32,000 nt of DNA, taken from NCBI RefSeq assembly GCF_005885815.1, contig NZ_CP040602.1:45630-77629 (forward strand), in the 5' to 3' direction. Numbering within the stretch: the first letter of the stretch is position 1; each line of letters opens with the position of its first letter. Under the pieces are notes generated by a model, which saw nothing but the letters and a program-made list of their open reading frames with translations, searched no databases and was not told where the DNA came from. Shown piece by piece: positions 18,592-25,795 of this stretch. The translations under genes were made by a program, and so were the position numbers. Source of the stretch: Thiomicrorhabdus sediminis. Lineage in GTDB: Bacteria; Pseudomonadota; Gammaproteobacteria; Thiomicrospirales; Thiomicrospiraceae.

Positions 18592-19041
18592 TTATGGCTT
18601 AAGGACTTGCCACCCTGCGGCATTAAGCTGAAGAATGCGAGCCGCACCAGCCGGTACAATGGTTGCACCTTCCATAACGTCAGGTTTCTTGCCTAATTTT
18701 TTGCCGAAATTACCAAGCGTATTGGCGCAGGCTGAAAAACGCACACCGGCTTCCATCATCGGTTTGATACGTTTGGTGTTTACATTGCCGTCGAGTAGAA
18801 GACGGACACCAGGACCGAATGCAACGATTTCAATATCCAAATCTGCGCCGTAATGCTTCATAAGATTATTGGCAACATTCAAAACAAGAGTTTGCTTGAA
18901 AGGGTCTCTGTCACTGATCTGCAAAACAACCTTATTTTTTGCAAAGGTATCAGGGATTGTTGGTTCTGGGACTTCGGCAATTGCTGTATTGAGCATAAAG
19001 ATGCCTAATAACAAGACAATGCAATTTTTGATTTTTAACAT
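18592..19041 (-). CDS. Secreted DsrE/DsrF-like (COG1416-type) family protein, copy B
   Basis: Signal peptide ending AIA. The core is KVVLQISDRD...IEIVAFGPG...GVRFSACANTL...VPAGAARILQLNAAGWQVLKP. Confidence 0.6.
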   Translation of the reverse strand: MLKIKNCIVLLLGIFMLNTAIAEVPEPTIPDTFAKNKVVLQISDRDPFKQTLVLNVANNLMKHYGADLDIEIVAFGPGVRLLLDGNVNTKRIKPMMEAGVRFSACANTLGNFGKKLGKKPDVMEGATIVPAGAARILQLNAAGWQVLKP

Positions 19042-19090
19042 AAATTTTCCTCTTTGCTGGATCCCGAATTTACATCGGCTTCACTGGTAA

Positions 19091-19116
19091 TAACGAACCA
19101 GCTGGAAATTTATTCC
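19091..19116 (-). promoter_or_regulatory. ECF-type promoter candidate for the DsrE-like/porin operon
   Basis: On the minus strand GGAAT-N16-CGTTA, about 50 nt upstream of the start at 19041. This resembles the generic ECF GGAAC-N16/17-CGT pattern. Confidence 0.25.
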
Positions 19117-19189
19117 ATATTTTTGCAGCAAAGGTTTTTATGTCTAGAACAGCTTGTTTTATTTAAGGATTTGCTTATGTTTTTTTAGT

Positions 19190-19218
19190 TTTACAAAAGG
19201 TGAAAATTTCATTACTAT
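19190..19218 (+). promoter_or_regulatory. Sigma70-type promoter candidate for the ECF sigma gene
   Basis: TTTACA (19190-19195), 17-nt spacer, TACTAT (19213-19218), 28 nt upstream of the ATG. Confidence 0.3.
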
Positions 19219-19245
19219 CGAAAAAAAACTATTAATTGGGTTCTT

Positions 19246-19821
19246 ATGATTTTCAACAGCAAAGTCGCTGATCTGTTTTGTGCAGCAAAAGAAAAGAAGC
19301 GTTTGAACGATATCCTAGAAAAACGATATAGTCGTCTATATCGATTGGCCTACGCTTGGTGTCATCAAAGAGTGATGGCTGAAGATTTGGTTCAGGATAC
19401 TTTTTTAAAGGCATTGGAAAACCGCAATGATCTGTCTAGTTTAGACCATCTAGATGCCTGGCTTGCTAAAATAATGCACAATTTATTTTTGGATATTATG
19501 CGCACAAACAAGCGTTGGCAGTGGGCTGATGAAAATGAAATAGACGAACTCTATGCGCAGGCATGTAATGAAACGACCCTAATCGCTGCTCAGACTACCG
19601 AATGTATATGTAAGGCGATGGCCTCTCTGCCTTTTGAACAGAGAGAAGCCATCGCTTTAGCTGATATTCAGGGGTTTACCTATCAGGAAATTTCCGAAAT
19701 CACCGATACACCGATTGGAACCATTATGAGCCGTATTTCACGTGGGCGAGAAAACCTAGCGAAACGACTGCAGCAGCTAGAAAATACAGAACAAAAAAAG
19801 ATTATCCCATTAAGAGGATAG
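19246..19821 (+). CDS. ECF (group 4) RNA polymerase sigma-70 factor
   Basis: Region 2 is AEDLVQDTFLKALEN...WLAKIMHNLFLD. Region 4 is REAIALADIQGFTYQEISEITDTPIGTIMSRISRGRENL. Confidence 0.9.
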   Translation: MIFNSKVADLFCAAKEKKRLNDILEKRYSRLYRLAYAWCHQRVMAEDLVQDTFLKALENRNDLSSLDHLDAWLAKIMHNLFLDIMRTNKRWQWADENEIDELYAQACNETTLIAAQTTECICKAMASLPFEQREAIALADIQGFTYQEISEITDTPIGTIMSRISRGRENLAKRLQQLENTEQKKIIPLRG

Positions 19822-19825
19822 AGAA

Positions 19826-20518
19826 ATGAAAAATAGAATAGAAAATTATCAGTTACACGCCTATTTAGATGGCGAATTAACACATGAGGAATGCCTCGAG
19901 ATTGAGCAGGCATTGAAAGAAGATGCCGAATTACGTTTTAGATTGGAAAAGTTCAGTACCCTGAAATCTGATGTGAAAAAAGCTTACTTGAATTTACCAA
20001 TTGAACAATATGTTGCTACGCCTAAAGAGAAAAAAAGCAATCTTAAAGATGGTTATTTCAATATTGCCGCGTCATTGTTTTTGGGTGTTATGATTGGTGC
20101 CGGCTTGATTACCTATTCGGTTGAGCCTAATGTGATGAATTCAGCTTTGGTGGAGCAAAACCAAAGCAACAATCGATTTTTAGTGCATATTGATACCAAT
20201 GATATCGAAAAGCAGCATGCAGCCTTGTTGCAGATCGAGCAGATTTTTGTCGAATCGACCGATAAGGTGCAGGTTGATTTGGTTTCCAACAGTACAGGAA
20301 TCGAGATGTTGGATAAAAATAATCCTGCCACTGAAGAGTTGCAGGGTTTATTAAAACGTTTTGATGGGTTGACAGTGTATGCTTGTCAAAGAGCGCTAGA
20401 AAGAGCCCAAAAGGCTGGCAAGCCAATTGAACTGATTCCTGAAGCGGTATTCGATCGTCCGGCGATTGATCGTCTAGCTGAGCGTCTGACCTCTGGCTGG
20501 AAATACATCAAAATCTAA
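19826..20518 (+). CDS. Single-pass membrane anti-sigma factor with an extracytoplasmic DsrE-like domain
   Basis: The start lies 4 nt after the sigma stop, with an AGGA SD. The N-terminus is anti-sigma-like (LHAYLDGELTHEECLEIEQAL) but lacks the full HxxxCxxC motif. One TM helix (YFNIAASLFLGVMIGAGLITYSV). The C-terminal 120 aa align with the two neighbouring secreted proteins. Confidence 0.7.
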   Translation: MKNRIENYQLHAYLDGELTHEECLEIEQALKEDAELRFRLEKFSTLKSDVKKAYLNLPIEQYVATPKEKKSNLKDGYFNIAASLFLGVMIGAGLITYSVEPNVMNSALVEQNQSNNRFLVHIDTNDIEKQHAALLQIEQIFVESTDKVQVDLVSNSTGIEMLDKNNPATEELQGLLKRFDGLTVYACQRALERAQKAGKPIELIPEAVFDRPAIDRLAERLTSGWKYIKI

Positions 20519-20568
20519 ATTTTTTTCTGGCTTAGGGTATGCCGTCTTAAGCCAATAAGCGGTAACCC

Positions 20569-21897
20569 TTGATGAGCCATTCTCCCACTTCCTTTGCTGA
20601 TGTTTTTCATCAACCGAATTACAAATCCCTATTCGCCGTTCAATTTCTTGGCGCCTTCAATGACAATTTGTTTAAAAACGCTCTGGTTATCTTGATCACT
20701 TTTAAGCTCAGTCAACAAATGACCGAGACAGGACTAATGATTACTCTGGCAGCAGGTTTGTTTATTTTGCCATTCTTCCTTTTTTCGGCAATGGCGGGGC
20801 AGTTGGCAGATAAGTACCCGAAAGCCTTGCTTATTAAAAAGATCAAGCTGGCCGAAGTCTTGATTATGCTGATAGGTGGTTTGGCTTTGCTTAACCAGGA
20901 CTTATGGTTACTGTTTTTCACACTGTTTTTAATGGGTACCCAGTCGGCTTTTTTTGGCCCGATCAAATACTCTATTTTGCCGGAAATCATGCCAGAGAAT
21001 CACCTGGTCAAAGCCAATGGCATATTTAGTGGTTCGACTTTTATTGCTATTTTGATCGGTACGATTTTTGGTGGCATTGGCATTATGCTGCCGGATGGAG
21101 AGCTGATTATGGCTAGTGCGGTAATACTGGTAGCCGGTATCGGTTATGGCTTCAGTCTTTTTTTATATTCCGATCAAACCAAAAACGGTGATATAAAAAT
21201 CGACTACAACCCCTTGCAAAGTACTTGGCAGGTTATTCAAGCCACCCGGGATTTCAAATTGGCGCGCTTTGCGGTCTATGCAATATCTTGGTTCTGGTTT
21301 ATCGGCGCAGTCTTGCTTAGCCAGATTCCGGCGCTGGTTAAATATGAATTATTTGCCGATGATAATGTTGTAGTTCTGTTTTTAACCCTTTTTTCTGTTG
21401 GTATCGCCATTGGTTCGACATTGGTCGCTAGGCAATCGGATTTTATCAGTTTGCGTTGGCACTGGGTCTGGTTGGCATCAATGTCCTTGTGTTTGCTGCT
21501 GACAGTGGTTTCAATTCAAGCGACAGATTTTGCGGATTTACAAAAATCGCTCAGCGTTTCACGTGAAACATTCTTCACCATTGAGCAGTTTATTGCCATT
21601 TATCCGCTTAATCTCACCATGCTTTTTTTGGCCTTGTTAGCCATTTTGGGCGGTGCTTATATCGTGCCGCTTTATACTTTGCTGCAGACACAAACTCCTG
21701 AGTTCGCCAGGGCACGTATGGTAGCGGTAAACAATATTGTTAATTCGTTTTTGATGGTACTTTCGGCAGTATTGATCATGATCGGGTTTGCCGTTAGCCT
21801 GAGCTTGTTGAATATGCTGTTGATTTTAGCGGGGCTTAATTTATTAGTTGCCTGGCTGGTGTTTGGTTATCGACATAGTAAAAATTTTATACAATAG
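20569..21897 (+). CDS. lplT: Lysophospholipid transporter LplT (MFS)
   Basis: MFS protein directly upstream of aas, as in the E. coli lplT-aas operon. The N-terminus is FAVQFLGAFNDNLFKNAL. The track start is a TTG; the ATG at 20572 is more likely. Confidence 0.8.
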   Translation: MMSHSPTSFADVFHQPNYKSLFAVQFLGAFNDNLFKNALVILITFKLSQQMTETGLMITLAAGLFILPFFLFSAMAGQLADKYPKALLIKKIKLAEVLIMLIGGLALLNQDLWLLFFTLFLMGTQSAFFGPIKYSILPEIMPENHLVKANGIFSGSTFIAILIGTIFGGIGIMLPDGELIMASAVILVAGIGYGFSLFLYSDQTKNGDIKIDYNPLQSTWQVIQATRDFKLARFAVYAISWFWFIGAVLLSQIPALVKYELFADDNVVVLFLTLFSVGIAIGSTLVARQSDFISLRWHWVWLASMSLCLLLTVVSIQATDFADLQKSLSVSRETFFTIEQFIAIYPLNLTMLFLALLAILGGAYIVPLYTLLQTQTPEFARARMVAVNNIVNSFLMVLSAVLIMIGFAVSLSLLNMLLILAGLNLLVAWLVFGYRHSKNFIQ

Positions 21898-21923
21898 TTA
21901 CAGGATTATTTTGAGATGTATAA

Positions 21924-24089
21924 ATGAAAAGCTTATTAAAACTGTTTGTCAAAGGCTTGTTCAAGCTGTGTTATCGAGTTGAAGTCAAAGGACTGGAAAA
22001 CTACCAGGCCGCTGAAAAAAGTGGCCGCCCCTTATTGATTATCGCCAACCATGTTTCCTTATTGGATGGCCCTTTACTGGACCTGTTTATTCCCGGTAAT
22101 ACCGCCTTTATGGTCGATAAATCTCATACCCAAAAATGGTTTGAGCGATTTATTCTCTCCATGAGCGAATACTTCACCGTTGATACCCATAGTCCTTATG
22201 CCGCCAAACACATGATTGAGGAGCTCAATAAAGGCAAGCAGTGCATGATCTTTCCTGAGGGAAGGATTTCCACTACCGGTGCCTTAATGAAGGTCTACGA
22301 AGGTACCGGACTGGTTGCCGATAAAACTCAAGCGGCGGTGCTCAGCGTGCATATTGGCGGTGCCGAATTGAGCCGCTTGTCTTATCTAGACGGCACTAAA
22401 TCGGGATTTATTAAACAGCAGTGGTTTCCTAAAATCACCATAAGCATTCAACCGCATACACAAATTAGCCATCCGCAAAACCTTAAAGGGACAGAAAAAC
22501 ACAAGTTCTATAAACAGGCGGTATTCAAGTTACTGCGGGATTCGAGTTTTTTTGCTGCCGAAACCAATCATTCGTTGTATGCAGCGTTAATTAAGGCCAA
22601 ACAAAAATATCACAGTAAGGATGTCTGCATAGAAGACATCAATGGTCAGAACCTTAGTCTGAAAAAATTGACTTTGGCATCGATCATTCTTGGTAGAGCT
22701 TTGAAGAAAACGCTCAAAAAAGAAAAGCGTGTCGGTTTGATGTTGCCGAACGTATCCGGTATGCCGGCGACCTTTTTCGCTTTGCAGGCATATGGTTATG
22801 TGCCGGCTATGATCAATTTCACCGCCGGTAAGGCGGCTATTGAATCGGCTTGTGTCACCGCAGAGCTGCAAACCATTGTCACTTCACGCCGCTTTATCGA
22901 AGCGTTTGAGATTGAAGCGTTGGTCGAGTCCTTGGAAGACAAGGTTCGCTTTGTTTATCTTGAAGATATTCGTAGTGAAATCGGTATTTGGCAAAAAATC
23001 AGCGGGCTTTTAACACCGGCGAAATCCTTACCGGGTTATAAGACCGAGACGCATTTCGAGGCTGTCGTGTTGTTCACCTCAGGCTCTGAAGGGGCGCCGA
23101 AGGGTGTGGTGCTATCGCATAACAATGTCACCAGCAACATTGAACAGGCGATATCGATGCTTAATTTGATTCCGACAGAAAAGGTTTTCAATGCGTTACC
23201 GACGTTCCACTGTTTTGGCTTGACGGCAGGTCTGCTTTTGCCGGTGTTAAAAGGTGCCAAGACCTTTATGTATCCATCACCGGTGCATTATGCGGTAGTG
23301 CCGGAAATGGTCTATCAGAGCAATGCCAAATATATTTTCGGTACCGATACATTCTATAGCGGTTATGCGCGCAAAGCGGACTCTTACGACTTCTTCAATT
23401 TGCGTATGATGATTGCTGGCGCAGAGCGTTTGCGCCCAGAGACTCGAGAGCTTTATGCGAATAAATACCATCAACCGATTTATGAAGGCTATGGAGTTAC
23501 CGAAACCACCCCTATTTTGGCGGTGAATATCCCAACCGCCTATAAACACGGTTCGGTAGGTCAGTTTGTACCCGGTATTGAATACCATTTGGAAGAAGTG
23601 CCAGGTATCAAGGATGCTGGCAGATTGTTGGTTAAAGGCCCAAATGTCATGTTGGGTTACCTGATGCCCGGTGAACCGGGTGTATTACAGCCGCCAACCG
23701 ATGGATGGCACGATACCGGCGATATTGTTCAGGTCGATGAAGAAGGTTATGTCTGGATCAAAGGCCGCGCCAAGCGTTTCGCAAAGATTGGCGGTGAAAT
23801 GGTGTCATTGACCGCGGTAGAGCGTTATATCAATAAGGCAAGCCCGGAAGGTCATCACGTGGTTGTCGCCGTGCCAGATGAACGTAAGGGCGAGAAGCTG
23901 GTGCTGGTGACCGATGATGAAGGCCTGAGCAGAAAAACGGTCAGTGATGCGGCAAGATTGGCGGAAGTAGCGGAATTGATGATTCCGAAAACGGTTATTC
24001 TGGTTGAATCGATTCCGGTATTGGGTACCGGTAAAACCAATTATCCGGAAGTACAGAAATTGGCCGAGCAGCATTCCGGCGGCAGTTGA
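21924..24089 (+). CDS. aas: Bifunctional 2-acylglycerophosphoethanolamine acyltransferase / acyl-ACP synthetase
   Basis: 721 aa. N-terminal PlsC-type acyltransferase (NHVSLLDG, FPEGRISTTG). C-terminal adenylate-forming domain (FTSGSEGAPKGVVLSH, YGVTET, GDIV...GR.KRFAKIGGEMVS). Confidence 0.92.
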   Translation: MKSLLKLFVKGLFKLCYRVEVKGLENYQAAEKSGRPLLIIANHVSLLDGPLLDLFIPGNTAFMVDKSHTQKWFERFILSMSEYFTVDTHSPYAAKHMIEELNKGKQCMIFPEGRISTTGALMKVYEGTGLVADKTQAAVLSVHIGGAELSRLSYLDGTKSGFIKQQWFPKITISIQPHTQISHPQNLKGTEKHKFYKQAVFKLLRDSSFFAAETNHSLYAALIKAKQKYHSKDVCIEDINGQNLSLKKLTLASIILGRALKKTLKKEKRVGLMLPNVSGMPATFFALQAYGYVPAMINFTAGKAAIESACVTAELQTIVTSRRFIEAFEIEALVESLEDKVRFVYLEDIRSEIGIWQKISGLLTPAKSLPGYKTETHFEAVVLFTSGSEGAPKGVVLSHNNVTSNIEQAISMLNLIPTEKVFNALPTFHCFGLTAGLLLPVLKGAKTFMYPSPVHYAVVPEMVYQSNAKYIFGTDTFYSGYARKADSYDFFNLRMMIAGAERLRPETRELYANKYHQPIYEGYGVTETTPILAVNIPTAYKHGSVGQFVPGIEYHLEEVPGIKDAGRLLVKGPNVMLGYLMPGEPGVLQPPTDGWHDTGDIVQVDEEGYVWIKGRAKRFAKIGGEMVSLTAVERYINKASPEGHHVVVAVPDERKGEKLVLVTDDEGLSRKTVSDAARLAEVAELMIPKTVILVESIPVLGTGKTNYPEVQKLAEQHSGGS

Positions 24090-24107
24090 TTGTTCTTACA
24101 AAGCAAA

Positions 24108-24147
24108 GAAAACCTCCTCTGCTTATGGCTTTGGAGGTTTTTTTATT
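24108..24147. terminator. Bidirectional rho-independent terminator between convergent aas and batD
   Basis: AAAACCTCC-15 nt-GGAGGTTTT stem, with T-runs following on both strands. It overlaps the batD stop codon. Confidence 0.7.
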
Positions 24148-25795
24148 TTGGTCTATAAAGTGCGGTGAGAGCCGAATCCGTTTTGGCGGAATGATCGGTT
24201 TTATTGAAAGCGTTCATCTCTTTTTGGATACTGGCAATGCAGTCATCCGCCAATTCTGCATTTTGATAAAGATGCTTTTCCAAAGCCAGAAGTTGTTCCT
24301 GCAATAAGGGGTTTTCGATGTCATGTAATGATTCGATGTGCTGCTCAAGACGCAGTTTCTGCAAGGTTTGATGGTAGAACTGTGGCAGAGATTCAACCGG
24401 CAGTGCTTTCACTTCAGGCAAAGTAGTATGCGCTTGTATGCTTGTAGATAAGGTTTTAAGCGCGTTTAAACGCTGTTGTAATCGATAAACCCAAAAAAGC
24501 GTGCTCAGCCATAACACAACCATAATTAAGCTGATGTAGAACCAATAACCGCTGTCGGAGTTGTGCTCGCTAACAACCGTTGTTGTTTGGCCATCAATTG
24601 GCGTTGTTGGGGCGATTGAATTTAATGCCGCTAGCACTTCAATATTCTGTGCCGCCAATTCAGTCACCTGAAAATGCTGGGATTCGGTATTCCACCAGCG
24701 AATCGATATTTTCGGAACCGTGATGGTTCCTGTTGCTGTCGGTACTAAGGCTAGTTTAAGGGTTTTTATCGCCGTCACACCATTGCTATTGAGCTGCTGA
24801 CCATCCTGTTCGCTATCGATATAAACCTTTAAATCCTTGCCGCCATCAATATTTATTTTCGGCAGCTGGGTTGATTTCAAACCTTCGACACGAATAGTGA
24901 TTTCGCGACCGATACTATCGCCCAAATGAACCTGATCAACAGAATTTAACCAATTTTGATCAATCCTGACCTGTCTAGCCGGCAACCAGGGGGGAGTGTT
25001 TTGCGGAATAGGCAATACCTTGATTTTGATGGCTTCGGCACTGGCTTGGATGCCTTTTTGGCGGCCACCGAGACTGAGCATTCCGGTAAACATAGGTCCG
25101 GGAATAGTTAAAACCCCACTTTGTTGGGGAAACAACGCATAACGCCATTCGTAAACGGTATAAGCTTGACCATTGATGGTTTTGCCATAGACCGACTGCT
25201 CTTTTAAGGTTTCCGATTGGGCATTGGCGAAATTGGGCGGACGAATATTGCCGTTTAAAAGCGTGCCTTGCTGGTAGAAACGCAAGGTATAGATAACTTG
25301 CTGTTGGACAAATACCTCGGACAAGTCGGTTTTGGCTTCAAGAAAATAAGGTTTGACTCCGGCTTTATAGCTCGGCTTGGTCACCTCAATCGGGTAGGGT
25401 TTGCTTTTAACGCCTTTGAGTTCAAAAGGTGGGATCATCAATTTACCTGTCTGTTTCGCCACCAGACGCAATTGCCAACGGGTGGTGGAACTGAAATCAC
25501 CATTAATAATCTGTATTTGATTGCTTTGCTGGCGGCTCAATACATCGAATTGGTCCTGCAAAATAGAGGTATCCAGACTGGCATTGGCGATTTGAAAGTC
25601 TGTTTCCACTATGACAGTGATAATGTCGCTCAACTCAACCTTGTCGCGGTCGGCTTTAACGCTGATGGAGTCGGCAATGGCACTATTAGCGGCCAAGCAT
25701 AAAACACCAAGCAGACAAATTTGCATAAAACAATTGCTGAGCCGCTTGGTTGAGGAAAACAAAAAAAACTCTGTTGTACGGTAGCTATTTACCAT
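24143..25795 (-). CDS. batD: BatD family protein (oxygen-tolerance protein)
   Basis: 550 aa. N-terminal signal-like segment (MQICLLGVLCLAANSAIA), a large beta-rich ectodomain, one C-terminal TM (YWFYISLIMVVLWLSTLFWVY) and a cytoplasmic tail. It is the last gene of the MoxR/Bat operon. The start overlaps the upstream stop (ATGGTAA); an alternative start lies at 25726. Confidence 0.7.
   Translation of the reverse strand: MVNSYRTTEFFLFSSTKRLSNCFMQICLLGVLCLAANSAIADSISVKADRDKVELSDIITVIVETDFQIANASLDTSILQDQFDVLSRQQSNQIQIINGDFSSTTRWQLRLVAKQTGKLMIPPFELKGVKSKPYPIEVTKPSYKAGVKPYFLEAKTDLSEVFVQQQVIYTLRFYQQGTLLNGNIRPPNFANAQSETLKEQSVYGKTINGQAYTVYEWRYALFPQQSGVLTIPGPMFTGMLSLGGRQKGIQASAEAIKIKVLPIPQNTPPWLPARQVRIDQNWLNSVDQVHLGDSIGREITIRVEGLKSTQLPKINIDGGKDLKVYIDSEQDGQQLNSNGVTAIKTLKLALVPTATGTITVPKISIRWWNTESQHFQVTELAAQNIEVLAALNSIAPTTPIDGQTTTVVSEHNSDSGYWFYISLIMVVLWLSTLFWVYRLQQRLNALKTLSTSIQAHTTLPEVKALPVESLPQFYHQTLQKLRLEQHIESLHDIENPLLQEQLLALEKHLYQNAELADDCIASIQKEMNAFNKTDHSAKTDSALTALYRPK

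Noticed and set aside
20529-20553. Hairpin GGCTTA...TAAGCC between the anti-sigma gene and lplT, considered as a terminator.
   Set aside because: The stem is only 6 bp, the loop is 13 nt and no T-run follows. This is not convincing as an intrinsic terminator.
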